In this document: piece after piece, positions 9,247-20,846 of the stretch | How the letters are laid out: each line of letters begins with the position of its first letter | Numbering within the stretch: position 1 is the stretch's first letter | Source: Actinomycetota bacterium | GTDB lineage: Bacteria; Actinomycetota; UBA4738; HRBIN12 | Assembly (NCBI GenBank): GCA_036265325.1 | Contig: DATAPH010000029.1 | Span: 41,347 to 105,346, forward strand | DNA length: 64,000 nucleotides | Reading direction: 5' to 3' | Position numbers and translations under genes: made by a program | The notes under the pieces: model-generated | What the model saw: the letters and a program-made list of their open reading frames with translations, nothing else | The model's database searches: none | Told to the model about the DNA's origin: nothing

Positions 9247-10509
9247 ATGTGGGAGGCTGCGGCCGTGGCGGCCACCGAGACCTTCGACGTGACGGCGATC
9301 AGGGCTCGGTTCCCCGCGCTCGGACGCACCGGACCCGACGGCCGGCCGTTCGTGTGGGCCGACGCGCCGGGCGGCTCGCAGATGGTCGACACGGCGATCG
9401 ACGCCATGACCGGCCGGATGCGGGCGGGTGCGTCCAACACGCACGGCGTCTTCGCGGTCAGCGAAGAGATCGACGAGTTGATCGACGATGCGCGTCGCGC
9501 CGGCGGCGACCTTCTCGGGTGTGATCCGGACGAGATCGTCTTCGGCCAGAACGCCACGTCGCTCCTGCTGCATCTGTCACGGTCGATCGGACGAACGTGG
9601 GGACCCGGCGACGAGGTCGTCGTCACACGCCTCGACCACGACGCGAACGTCCGGCCGTGGATCCTCGCGGCCGAGGACGCCGGTGCGACGGTTCGGTGGG
9701 TCGACGTCGTGCCCGGGGACGTGATCCTCGACCTCGACGACCTCGCAAGGGTGATCGGGCCGCGAACGAAGCTCGTCGCCTGCACCCTCGCGTCCAACGC
9801 CGTGGGCACCATGCCCCCCGTCGCCGACGTCGTCGCGCTCGCCAAGCAAGCCGGCGCGCTCGTGGCGCTCGACGGCGTCCACCTCGCGCAGCACCGTTCG
9901 ATCGACCTCCACGCGTTCGGCGCCGACATCGTCGCGAGCTCGCCCTACAAGTACTTCGGTCCGCACCAAGGGATGGCGGCGGTGCGCGCGGAGCTCCTCG
10001 CGTCGCTCACGCCCTACAAGCTGCGCGCGGCGCCCGACGACAACCCCGACCGCTGGGAGTCGGGCACGCAGAGCCACGAGGCGCTCGCCGGGACGATCGC
10101 GGCGATCGACTACATCGCCGAGGTCGGCGGTGGTGGTGACCGTCGTGACGCCGTCCGGCGTGGGTACGCCGCGTTCGAAGCACACGAACGCGACCTCGCC
10201 GCACGGTTCCTCGACGGGATCGCAGGGATCACAGGGGTTCGTCTGATCGGGATCGCCGACCGCGAACGGCTGGACGAGCGCACCCCCACGTTCGCGCTCC
10301 GCGTCGGCGACCAGCACCCGCTCGAGACATCCAGGATGCTCGGGGATCGCGGCATCTTCACCTGGGAAGGGCACTACTACGCCATCGAGGTGTTCGAACG
10401 GCTCGGATTACTCGAGACCGGTGGCGCCCTCCGCATAGGCTTTTGCCACTATCACACGCTCGACGAGGTCGATAGGGTGCTGGAAACCCTGGCCGACCTC
10501 GCGAGGTGA
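9247..10509 (+). CDS. Class V aminotransferase, cysteine desulfurase-like
   Basis: FDVTAIRARFPAL...WADAPGGSQ; fold-type I PLP enzyme; SSPYKYFGP lysine region. The start is set after the terminator hairpin. Confidence 0.8.
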   Translation: MWEAAAVAATETFDVTAIRARFPALGRTGPDGRPFVWADAPGGSQMVDTAIDAMTGRMRAGASNTHGVFAVSEEIDELIDDARRAGGDLLGCDPDEIVFGQNATSLLLHLSRSIGRTWGPGDEVVVTRLDHDANVRPWILAAEDAGATVRWVDVVPGDVILDLDDLARVIGPRTKLVACTLASNAVGTMPPVADVVALAKQAGALVALDGVHLAQHRSIDLHAFGADIVASSPYKYFGPHQGMAAVRAELLASLTPYKLRAAPDDNPDRWESGTQSHEALAGTIAAIDYIAEVGGGGDRRDAVRRGYAAFEAHERDLAARFLDGIAGITGVRLIGIADRERLDERTPTFALRVGDQHPLETSRMLGDRGIFTWEGHYYAIEVFERLGLLETGGALRIGFCHYHTLDEVDRVLETLADLAR

Positions 10510-10566
10510 TGCAGCCCTCAGCCGGTACCATCGATATCACTCCCGCGATCCGAAGGACGTTCTGAC

Positions 10567-11727
10567 ATGCGCATCCTCATCCTGGGCGGTGACGGATACC
10601 TGGGCTGGCCCACCGCGATGCGGTTCTCACAGCGTGGCCACGACGTGCACGTCGTCGACAACTACTTGCGCCGCCGCGCGCACGCCGAGGCGGGCACCGA
10701 CTCGCTCACGCCGATCCTCGCCGACCTGCCAGCTCGCGCAGCCGCGTGGCTCGACGTCACCGGACGCACGATCGGCGTCACCGAGGGCGACCTGACCGAC
10801 CCGGCGGTCGCGCAGGACCTGATCGCCGGCTTCGAGCCCGACGCGATCGTGCACTACGGCGAGATGCCGAGCGCGCCGTACTCGATGAAAGACCGCGACC
10901 ACGCGGTCTTCACCCAGACCAACAACGTCGTCGGCACGCTGAACGTCTTGTGGGCGATGCGCGATCTCGCCCCCGACTGTCACCTCGTGAAGCTCGGCAC
11001 GATGGGCGAATACGGCACCCCCGACATCGACATCGAAGAGGGATACGTCGAGATCGTGCACAACGGCCGGTCGGATTACCTGCCGTTCCCGAAGGTGCCC
11101 GGCTCGATGTACCACCTATCGAAGGTGCACGACTCGCACAACATTCACTTCGCGTGCCGCGTGTGGGGTATGCGTGCGACCGACCTCAACCAGGGCGTCG
11201 TGTACGGGATCCAGACCGACGAAACGCGCCTGGACGACCGGCTGGCGACGCGGTTCGACTACGACGACGTCTTCGGAACCGCGCTCAACCGCTTCTGCGT
11301 GCAGGCGGTGATCGGGCACCCCCTGACGGTGTACGGCACCGGCGGCCAGACCCGTGGTTACCTCAACATCGTCGACACGCTGCGGTGCATCGAGCTGGCG
11401 GTGCTGCATCCGGCGGAGCCCGGTGAGTTCCGCGTCTTCAACCAGTTCACCGAGTCGTTCTCGATCATGGAGCTCGCGGAGATCGTGCAGAAGGCCGGCG
11501 TGGGTGCCGGGTTGGACGTCGAGATCCGCCCGCTCGACAACCCGCGCGTCGAGTCGGAGGCGCATTACTACAACCCGGCACACACGAAGCTCCTGGACCT
11601 CGGTCTGAAGCCGCACCTGCTGTCGACCGAACTGGTCGGGTCGATGCTCTCGGTGATCGAACGATTCCGCGATCGCGTCATCACTGAACACATCGTCCCG
11701 CACGACCGCTGGCGCCCGGGCATGTGA
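10567..11727 (+). CDS. sqdB: UDP-sulfoquinovose synthase homolog (SQD1/SqdB/Agl3 family SDR)
   Basis: Full-length block similarity to SQD1 as I remember it: ILGGDGYLGWPTA, HLVKLGTMGEYGTPDIDIEEGY, YHLSKVHDSHNIHFACRVWGMRATDLNQGVVYG, FGTALNRFCVQAVIGHPLTVYGTGGQTRGYLNI, GEFRVFNQFTESFS, NPRVESEAHYYNPAHTKLLDLGLKPH. Confidence 0.85.
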   Translation: MRILILGGDGYLGWPTAMRFSQRGHDVHVVDNYLRRRAHAEAGTDSLTPILADLPARAAAWLDVTGRTIGVTEGDLTDPAVAQDLIAGFEPDAIVHYGEMPSAPYSMKDRDHAVFTQTNNVVGTLNVLWAMRDLAPDCHLVKLGTMGEYGTPDIDIEEGYVEIVHNGRSDYLPFPKVPGSMYHLSKVHDSHNIHFACRVWGMRATDLNQGVVYGIQTDETRLDDRLATRFDYDDVFGTALNRFCVQAVIGHPLTVYGTGGQTRGYLNIVDTLRCIELAVLHPAEPGEFRVFNQFTESFSIMELAEIVQKAGVGAGLDVEIRPLDNPRVESEAHYYNPAHTKLLDLGLKPHLLSTELVGSMLSVIERFRDRVITEHIVPHDRWRPGM

Positions 11728-11734
11728 TGGCTTC

Positions 11735-12781
11735 GTGACGACGATCCGATTCCTCGGCGTCGTCGCTGCCCTGGTCGTCCTGTATCTCGCGGCTCGCGCG
11801 TACGAGCGTCGGCGTATCAGCAGGCTCACGCTGCTCATCGCCGGCGCGCTGTCGATCGGCGTGACGATCCTCGCGATCCGGCCGTCGTGGTACGGACCAC
11901 TGTTCGGCTGGTTCAACATCGCACCGGGGAACGAACGCCGGGAGCTGTTCATCGTCGTGCTCGCGGTGATCGCACTGTTCTTCCTCGTTCTGCGGGTGCA
12001 GTCGGCGAGCGACACGAACGACCGGAGCATGCGGTTGTTGGTCGAGGCGCTCGGTCGCGAACGGTTCGACTGGGGTCGTGCGGCGGCGCTGTCGGCGGGC
12101 CGGCGGATCGTGGTTGTCCTGCCCGCGTTCAACGAGGAGGACAACGTCGGCGCGGTGATCGCCGCCATGCCGGATGCGGTGGCGGGGTTGCGGGTGGTGC
12201 CCGTCGTGGTGAGCGACGGCAGCACCGACGGAACCGCTCGGGCGGCCCGCGAAGCGGGCGCCCTCGTCACGGAGCTGCCGATCAACCGGGGCGGCGGCCT
12301 CGCGCTTCGGGTCGGCTACGAGATCGCGCTGGAGCTCGGCGCGGAGATCGTGGTGACGATGGACGCCGACGGCCAGCACCTGCCGAGCGAGCTCCCCGTG
12401 ATGCTCGCGCCGATCGTTGAGGACACCGCCGACTACGTGAACGGCTCGCGCCTGCTGGGTGCCTTCGAGCGCGAAAGCGTGATTCGCCACGTCGGCGTGC
12501 ACGTGTTCTCGCGTGTGGTGTCGGTCCTCACGGGTCGGCGGATCACCGATCCATCGAGCGGCTACCGCGCCGCGCGCGCCGATCTGCTCCAGCGCCTGGT
12601 GCTCGAGCAGGATCGCTTCTGGACGAGCGAGATCTTGATCGAGGCGCTGCGTCACCGGGCCCGTGTCGTCGAGGTGCCCGTCACGATCGTGGCCCGTGCG
12701 AGCGGCACGACGAAGAAGCCGACGTCGCTGCGCTACGGGTGGCAGTTCTCGAAGGTCATCATCCAGACCTGGCTGCGCTGA
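11735..12781 (+). CDS. Membrane-anchored family-2 glycosyltransferase (polyprenyl-phosphate glycosyltransferase-like)
   Basis: GTG start 7 nt after the sqdB stop. About 100 aa with three TM helices precede the GT-A core VVVLPAFNEEDNVG...VVSDGSTDGT...TMDADGQH. Confidence 0.8.
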   Translation: MTTIRFLGVVAALVVLYLAARAYERRRISRLTLLIAGALSIGVTILAIRPSWYGPLFGWFNIAPGNERRELFIVVLAVIALFFLVLRVQSASDTNDRSMRLLVEALGRERFDWGRAAALSAGRRIVVVLPAFNEEDNVGAVIAAMPDAVAGLRVVPVVVSDGSTDGTARAAREAGALVTELPINRGGGLALRVGYEIALELGAEIVVTMDADGQHLPSELPVMLAPIVEDTADYVNGSRLLGAFERESVIRHVGVHVFSRVVSVLTGRRITDPSSGYRAARADLLQRLVLEQDRFWTSEILIEALRHRARVVEVPVTIVARASGTTKKPTSLRYGWQFSKVIIQTWLR

Positions 12782-12785
12782 GTCG

Positions 12786-13520
12786 TCAGAACCGGTTCCA
12801 CTGGTTCCGGACGTCCCTGGCGACCGCGCGCTCGCGCGCGACCTTCTTCCAGTCGCTCGACGTCCGGCTGAAGGCGACGTCGGTCGCGATCTGCACGATA
12901 CCGAGCGCCAGAAGCACCCATGCCGCCCAGCCCGGCGCGTTCGTCGTCGGCCACAGGGCCAGTGCGACGAACGGCGCGAGCTTCGTCGCGATGGCACCGC
13001 TCGCGTGGAACCACACGCGGAGCGCCGGTTCCGCTCGCAGATAGGTTCCGTAGTCGGTCTTCAGCCCGGGCCGTGGCGGCGGCGGACCACCGAGGAACAC
13101 GTCGGTGAACCGGATCCCGGCGAGCCAGCCGGCGAAGGCGTGCGCCGGCAGGTGCCAGCCGATCGACCACGCAACCCCGGCCGCGACGATCGCCATGCCG
13201 GCCCACAACCCGGTCCAGATGCCCGCCACGACGACCGCGGCGATGCCGCCGGCGGTCAGCAGTAACAGCGCCGAGATCCCGATCCACGGTCGAACACGGG
13301 TTCGAACGGCGGTCCGGAACACGTGGGTGTCGATATGCGCCACCTGGGCGGCGTAGCGGGCGATCGCGAGCTGGTCGCGCTTGATGCGGCCCACGACCCG
13401 CCAGAAGCCGAGAGCCCGCAGGTCGTGGTTCCCCGCGGCCACGGCGCCGGCGATCCGGTCGAGCTCGTCGCCGAGGTCCTCGAGCGCGGATTGCGCGGGA
13501 GTTGGTCGCAGGGGTTCCAC
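12786..13520 (-). CDS. Hypothetical multi-pass membrane protein (start moved to GTG 13520)
   Basis: The ORF-track start at 13772 would overlap the kinase gene. GTG 13520 is preceded by GGAGGA 11 nt upstream. The C-terminal two thirds are hydrophobic and Trp-rich. Confidence 0.55.
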   Translation of the reverse strand: MEPLRPTPAQSALEDLGDELDRIAGAVAAGNHDLRALGFWRVVGRIKRDQLAIARYAAQVAHIDTHVFRTAVRTRVRPWIGISALLLLTAGGIAAVVVAGIWTGLWAGMAIVAAGVAWSIGWHLPAHAFAGWLAGIRFTDVFLGGPPPPRPGLKTDYGTYLRAEPALRVWFHASGAIATKLAPFVALALWPTTNAPGWAAWVLLALGIVQIATDVAFSRTSSDWKKVARERAVARDVRNQWNRF

Positions 13521-13598
13521 GGTTGGGGCGTTCCTCCGGTCTAGGATTTCCTCCGACGCGCTCCCGTTGCTCTCGAGCGCTTCCCCGATGGGAGTTCG

Positions 13599-15500
<1,902 letters not shown>

Positions 15501-15506
15501 CGTCGG

Positions 15507-16661
15507 CTACGGGGCGCCGTGGCACGTTCCCGCACCCGAGTCGACGGACCCCCTTCCGGTGCGGTTCTTGAAGATCTTGTAGCCGCGGCGCGGCGAGTAC
15601 ACCCAGTGTCCGGGGCTCCCCTGGACCGGCACGAACCGGTAGGCGTAGCCGTCGGGCTTGAGCGTCATCGACAAGATCCCGAAGGCCCTGTTGCTGGCCG
15701 CAGCGATCTCCTTCGGCATCTTGTTCACGGGGATCATGGGCTGCAGCGTGTCGCCGCCGGTTCCGACGATGAACTCTGTGAACCCGTGCGCGGGATCGGC
15801 CTTGCCGAGTGGGTTGATCGGCACGGTGCGCTGGTAGAAGTGCTCGTGCCCGTTGAGCACCACGTCGCCACCGTTCCGGTAGAAGACGCGGTACAGCGGC
15901 CGGGTATGCGAATACACGCCGTGGAGCAGCGAACCCGTCCCACCGGGCCAGCCGTTCCCGACCCCGAAGTACGACGGATGGTGGAAGTACACAAGCGTGC
16001 AGTCGTTCTGATGCTGCTGCAGATCACGCGCGAACCAGTCGTACATCGGGTCGCCCCTGTGACAACCCCAGGGCGATCCGCTCCCCCACGCCGGCACCGT
16101 GTGCCAGTGACCTCCGTAGAACACCGACGTGTAGCTCCAACACCATTGCGAGTTCAACGACACGATATGCCAGGCGCCGAGGTTGTAGGAGTACGAGCCG
16201 CCGAGCCGGTTCTTCCAGTGCGCCCGATCACCGAAGTACTTCCGATAGCCCGCGTACGGGTTCCCCTTGGCATCCACGGTGTAACTCTCGTGGTTGCCCG
16301 GCGACGGCATCGTGATGGACATGACCTTGCCATACGTCGGGTCGTACCAGCGTCGGAAGTCCGGGTACGCGCCGTAGTAATACTGCAGGTCCCCGAGCGG
16401 CAGGAACCGGTCGTAGTTCCCGTTAGCGATCAGGTTGGCCACCTTGCCGTATTGGCAGAAGCCTCGGATGTACCGGCGATCGGTCGAGCTCGGATCGGCG
16501 CCCTTGTTGGGCGGACCCGAGCAGACCATGTCGCCGACCGCGGCGATCTTCACGGTCTTGGTCGAGGCGGCAGCCGGACCCAGGGGCTCAGCGGCGAGGC
16601 CGGCGATGAAGATGAGGGACGCGACTGCAGCGACTATCCGACGAACACGCATGGGACGCAT
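15507..16661 (-). CDS. Secreted calcineurin-like metallophosphoesterase
   Basis: Signal-peptide-like N-terminus; motifs AAVGDMV, GNHE and LNGHEHFYQR. Confidence 0.8.
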   Translation of the reverse strand: MRPMRVRRIVAAVASLIFIAGLAAEPLGPAAASTKTVKIAAVGDMVCSGPPNKGADPSSTDRRYIRGFCQYGKVANLIANGNYDRFLPLGDLQYYYGAYPDFRRWYDPTYGKVMSITMPSPGNHESYTVDAKGNPYAGYRKYFGDRAHWKNRLGGSYSYNLGAWHIVSLNSQWCWSYTSVFYGGHWHTVPAWGSGSPWGCHRGDPMYDWFARDLQQHQNDCTLVYFHHPSYFGVGNGWPGGTGSLLHGVYSHTRPLYRVFYRNGGDVVLNGHEHFYQRTVPINPLGKADPAHGFTEFIVGTGGDTLQPMIPVNKMPKEIAAASNRAFGILSMTLKPDGYAYRFVPVQGSPGHWVYSPRRGYKIFKNRTGRGSVDSGAGTCHGAP

Positions 16662-16708
16662 CGTTCCCCAGCGTCCGCGACGGTGTCAATCAGGGCACTT
16701 GGCGAGGC

Positions 16709-17332
16709 TCAGGCTTCGAGCTCGGCCCCGGGTCCCTCCTGATAGCTGTACCGCTCCTCGGCGAAGGGCTCGGCGTGGATATGGTAGCCGCGGACCTCCC
16801 AGAACCCGCGCGTATTCTTCGCAGAGAACTCCAGACCGGTCAGCCACTTCGCGCTCTTCCAGGCGTAGCGACTCGGTACGACGAGTCGGAGCGGCCAGCC
16901 GTGATCAGGCGAAAGGTCCTCGCCGTCCTTGCGCCAGGCGACCAGCACGTCGTCGTCGTTCATGGCCTCGAGCGACAGGTTGGACGTGTAGTTGTAGGCG
17001 CAGTGCGCGATGACCCACTTGGCCTCGGGTGTGGGCTTCGCGCGGTCCCGGAGCGTCGCGAACGACACGCCCTCCCACACATTGTCGAGCTGCGACCAGC
17101 CGGTCACACAGTGCATGTCGGCATCGATCTTCACGGTCGGGAGCGCACGCAGCTCTTCGTACGTGAGCGTGTACGGCTCCTCGACGAGGCCGGAGATCTC
17201 AAGGTCCCAGTTGACGCCGTCGAACTTCGGGATCGGGCCGTAGTGGAGCACCGGCCACGTCTTCACCAGGCGCTGGCCAGGCGGCACCCGCTTCGCGATC
17301 TCGGGTGGATAGCTCTTCTGGAACAGACTCAC
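16709..17332 (-). CDS. Sulfite-oxidase-like molybdopterin-binding oxidoreductase (single Moco domain)
   Basis: DADMHCVTGWSQLDNVWEGVSF and WPLRLVVPSRYAWKSAKWL. GTG 17332 forms a GTGA overlap with the upstream stop; ATG 17371 is the alternative start. Confidence 0.75.
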   Translation of the reverse strand: MSLFQKSYPPEIAKRVPPGQRLVKTWPVLHYGPIPKFDGVNWDLEISGLVEEPYTLTYEELRALPTVKIDADMHCVTGWSQLDNVWEGVSFATLRDRAKPTPEAKWVIAHCAYNYTSNLSLEAMNDDDVLVAWRKDGEDLSPDHGWPLRLVVPSRYAWKSAKWLTGLEFSAKNTRGFWEVRGYHIHAEPFAEERYSYQEGPGAELEA

Positions 17333-18393
17333 GAAGCCTCCTTCGGGACGTCGCCCGCGATCGTCTTCCATGCGTCGATCGCCGTCGCGACACCTTCGTC
17401 GTCGATGTCCACGTGGGTGACCATCCGCACGCCCGCCGGGACCGGGACGGCGCCGACGCCGGAGGCCGCGAGCCGGTCGAGCACCTCGGCCGTTCGTAGC
17501 CCCACGGCATCGGTGTCGACGAAGACCATGTTCGTTACGACGCGGTCCAGATCGACGCTGCCGGGAAGCAGCTCCGCGATCGCCTCGCCGAGCCGGCGCG
17601 CGCGCACATGGTCCTCGACGAGCCGGTCACGGCCGGTGTCCAGAGCAATCAGCCCGGCCGCCGCCATGATCCCCGCCTGGCGCCAGGCGCCGCCGTACAG
17701 GATCCAGATCCGCCTGGCCTCTCGGATGAGATCGGCCGGTCCACAGAGCACCGAGCCGATCGGTGCCCCGAGTCCCTTGCTGAGGCAGAACATCATCGTG
17801 TCGACCTGGTCGGTCCAGGCACGAACGTCCTCGCCGGTCGCCGCGACCGCGTTCCAGACGCGCGCGCCGTCGAGGTGGACGCCGACGCCTGCGTGCGTCG
17901 TGATCTCGCGGATCGCCCGCAGCTCGGCACTGGGCAAGATCGTCCCGCCGTACGCCCCCACGGTGTTCTCGACCCCGAGCGCGTCGACGACCTCGACGTC
18001 GAAGTAATCGTCGTGCTCGAGCAGGCGCTCGGCGAGCGCCGCCGTCATGTAGCCGTTCGGGTTGTCGTGGCCGGTGCGGTAGGCGATCCCGGCGAGCACC
18101 GCGCTCGTCATCACCTCGGTGGTCGCGATGTGCGCCGACGTCTCGGCCGCGACGAGGTGACCCTGGCCGCCGGCGTTGAGCCGGACGCCGATCTGGTTCG
18201 CCATCGTGCCGGTCGCAACGTAGAGCGCCGCCTCCTTGCCCGTCAGTTCGGCCGCGAGGTCCTGGAGTCGGTTCACCGTTGGGTCGTCGCCGTACCAAGC
18301 GTCCCCGACCTCGGCGGAGGCCATCGCCGCCCGCATCGCCTCCGACGGGGTGGAGACGGTGTCCGAACGCAAGTCGACCCGGAACGGCGGCAT
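17329..18393 (-). CDS. ltaE: Low-specificity L-threonine aldolase
   Basis: DLRSDTVSTPSEAMRAAM..GDAWYGDDPT and the PLP-lysine region FCLSKGLGAPIGS. Confidence 0.85.
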   Translation of the reverse strand: MPPFRVDLRSDTVSTPSEAMRAAMASAEVGDAWYGDDPTVNRLQDLAAELTGKEAALYVATGTMANQIGVRLNAGGQGHLVAAETSAHIATTEVMTSAVLAGIAYRTGHDNPNGYMTAALAERLLEHDDYFDVEVVDALGVENTVGAYGGTILPSAELRAIREITTHAGVGVHLDGARVWNAVAATGEDVRAWTDQVDTMMFCLSKGLGAPIGSVLCGPADLIREARRIWILYGGAWRQAGIMAAAGLIALDTGRDRLVEDHVRARRLGEAIAELLPGSVDLDRVVTNMVFVDTDAVGLRTAEVLDRLAASGVGAVPVPAGVRMVTHVDIDDEGVATAIDAWKTIAGDVPKEAS

Positions 18394-18438
18394 GCGGCGC
18401 AGTCTAGTGGCGGCTTGGAGGAACGCTCGGTCGAACCC

Positions 18439-19587
18439 TCAGTACAGGAACATCGGTTTGCCGTCGACGTGGCGGATCTTCGGCAGGTAGCGCTCGGCGT
18501 CGTAGAGCGCGGATACGTCGACGCGTTTGACGCCCTGGCCGAGGACGGTGAGCGGGACGTTCACGTAGTTGCCGTTGCGGAGCGCGACGAGACGACCGGT
18601 CGACCCCTCGATGACAAGGTCGGTCGCCATCACTGCGTAGTTGATCGCTACCATCAGATCGAGCGAGTCCGGCGAGCCCGAGCGCATCAGGTAGCCGAGC
18701 TGCTGATGGATCATGTCCTGGCCGGTGCGCTCTTTGAGCAGCTCGCTCGTCAGCTCGCCGATCCCGCCGAGCTTGCGGTGCCCGTACGCATCCTCGTCGC
18801 CCGACAGCATCATGTCGCCGTCCGTGAGGGTCGCGCCCTCGCTGATCGTCATCATCGCGTAGTTGCTCGGGTTGTCCCTCTTGTCGCGCATCAGCAGCTC
18901 GGCGAGCCTGTCGACGTCGAACGGCACTTCGCTGATGATCGCGCGGTCGACGCCCGAGAGGTACGCGGACACGAGCGACGTCTCACCGCTGTAGCGACCG
19001 AAGACCTCGACGACGGCGAGCCGCTCGTGCGAGCCCGCGCTCGTCCGCAGCTGGTGCACGAAATTCACCGTACGCGTGACCGCGGTCGAGAAGCCGATGC
19101 AGTAGTCGGTGCCGTGGACGTCGTTGTCCATCGTCTTCGGGATCGCGACGACCGGGACGCCCTCTTGATGCAGTCGAAGGCCGAACGACAACGTGTCGTC
19201 GCCGCCGATCGGGATGAGCGCCGAGATGCGGAGCCGTTCGATCATCCGCAACACGTGCGCGGTGTGGTCGCGCGGCGCATCGTCGGTCCGACCGCCGCGC
19301 AAGAACGCCGGCTCGTTCGCGGGCCTCACCTTGGCCGGATTCGTCCGGGAGGTGTGTAGGAACGTGCCACCGCTGCGGTCGATCGTGCGCACGGTCGCCG
19401 GATCCAGCATGATCGTGCCGGTCTGGACGGCGAGCGGGTTCTCGGGATCGGTGTCGAGCAGGCCCGCCCAGCCCTTGCGGATGCCGATCACCTGGTGGCC
19501 TTCGCTCGTCGCACGGCCGACGACGGCTTTGATGCACGCGTTCAGCCCCGGCACGTCGCCGCCACCGGTGAGGATGCCGATCTTCAT
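18439..19587 (-). CDS. 6-phosphofructokinase paralog with PPi-type signature
   Basis: [22 protein letters not shown] (Asp at the E. coli Gly104 position) and PKTMDND (Lys at position 124). Confidence 0.8.
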   Translation of the reverse strand: MKIGILTGGGDVPGLNACIKAVVGRATSEGHQVIGIRKGWAGLLDTDPENPLAVQTGTIMLDPATVRTIDRSGGTFLHTSRTNPAKVRPANEPAFLRGGRTDDAPRDHTAHVLRMIERLRISALIPIGGDDTLSFGLRLHQEGVPVVAIPKTMDNDVHGTDYCIGFSTAVTRTVNFVHQLRTSAGSHERLAVVEVFGRYSGETSLVSAYLSGVDRAIISEVPFDVDRLAELLMRDKRDNPSNYAMMTISEGATLTDGDMMLSGDEDAYGHRKLGGIGELTSELLKERTGQDMIHQQLGYLMRSGSPDSLDLMVAINYAVMATDLVIEGSTGRLVALRNGNYVNVPLTVLGQGVKRVDVSALYDAERYLPKIRHVDGKPMFLY

Positions 19588-19617
19588 GCGGGCAGCCTAC
19601 AGAGCGCCTTCACGCCG

Positions 19618-20631
19618 CTAGCAGAGGATCTCGGGGATCTGCCACAACTCCGGCGGGAGCGTGCGCGGACCCTGGATCTCGGCGAGGGGCACGGGCTCGA
19701 TCCGGCCGGCGTGCAGGCCCATCATGACGTCCCAGCCGCCGTCGAACGCGCGATCGACGGCGTCGCGCCCGAGACGCGTCGCGAGCACGCGGTCGAACGC
19801 CACGGGTGAGCCGCCACGCTGCACATGGCCGAGCACCGTGACACGGGTCTCGAATCCGGTGCGGCGCCCGATCTCCTCCGCGACGATCGACCCGATCCCG
19901 CCGAGCCGCGGGAACCCGTTCGCGTCCACCGGATAGTCCGGGACCAACATGGACGCCTCGATCGGCGTCGCGCCCTCAGAGACGACAACGATCGCGAACG
20001 AGCGCCGCAGCACCACCGTTTCGCGGATCCGCCGGCACACGGCCTCGATGTCGAAGGGGTGCTCCGGCAGCAATATCACGTCGGCACCTGCCGCCACGCC
20101 CGCGGTGTAGCCGATCCAGCCGGCGTGGCGGCCCATGACCTCGCACACCATTACGCGGTCGTGGCTCTCTGCGGTGCTGTACAGGCGGTCGACGAGGTCG
20201 GTCGCGATCTGCGCGGCCGTATGGAACCCGATGCTTGCGTCGGTGCCGCAGACGTCGTTATCGATCGTCTTCGGGATGCCGATGACAGGCACGCTGACCC
20301 ACACGGCCTCTGCGATCGTGCCCTCGCCGCCGATCACCAGCATCCCGTCCAGCCGGTGCACGCCGAACGTCTCGCGGACGCGTTCGACGCCTCCCTCGAT
20401 CCGGTGCGGCTGCACGCCGCTGGTGCCGAGGAAGGTGCCGCCCCGCGGCAAGATGCCGCGGACATCGTCGATCGTGAGCTCCTTGGCTTCGTTGTCGAGG
20501 ACGCCTCGCCAGCCGTCGGCGAACCCGATCACCGTTGCGCCGCGTTCGGCGTGGCCGTACCGCACGATGGCGCGGAGCGCGGCGTTCAGCCCGGGGCAGT
20601 CACCGCCGCCCGTGAGGACCCCCAGACGCAT
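19618..20631 (-). CDS. pfkA: 6-phosphofructokinase paralog, probably ATP-dependent
   Basis: MRLGVLTGGGDCPGLNA. GGEGT (Gly at position 104) and PKTIDND. 337 aa, the size of actinomycete ATP-PFKs. Confidence 0.8.
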   Translation of the reverse strand: MRLGVLTGGGDCPGLNAALRAIVRYGHAERGATVIGFADGWRGVLDNEAKELTIDDVRGILPRGGTFLGTSGVQPHRIEGGVERVRETFGVHRLDGMLVIGGEGTIAEAVWVSVPVIGIPKTIDNDVCGTDASIGFHTAAQIATDLVDRLYSTAESHDRVMVCEVMGRHAGWIGYTAGVAAGADVILLPEHPFDIEAVCRRIRETVVLRRSFAIVVVSEGATPIEASMLVPDYPVDANGFPRLGGIGSIVAEEIGRRTGFETRVTVLGHVQRGGSPVAFDRVLATRLGRDAVDRAFDGGWDVMMGLHAGRIEPVPLAEIQGPRTLPPELWQIPEILC

Positions 20632-20696
20632 GCAGGCACCCTATCCGCCGGTCACGCGCGCGTCGGGAGCCGCCGGCGAGTCGGTACGATGTCGAG

Positions 20697-20846
20697 ATGC
20701 TTGCCCGTCTGATCCCCGACCACATCGGCCTGCTCGAAGGGATCTTCCTGTTCGGGTTGACGGTCCTCGCGGCGTTGGTCGGGGTCTTCGCGCTGTACGT
20801 GGTCGGGCAGCAGTTCCGCAACCCGGGCCGCTCCGACCGCCGCTAA
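20697..20846 (+). CDS. Candidate 49-aa single-TM peptide (below the ORF-track cutoff)
   Basis: MLARLIPDHIGLLEGIFLFGLTVLAALVGVFALYVVGQQFRNPGRSDRR. Nearly every third codon position is G/C. TACGAT lies 7 nt before the ATG, a leaderless-type -10 placement. Confidence 0.4.
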   Translation: MLARLIPDHIGLLEGIFLFGLTVLAALVGVFALYVVGQQFRNPGRSDRR

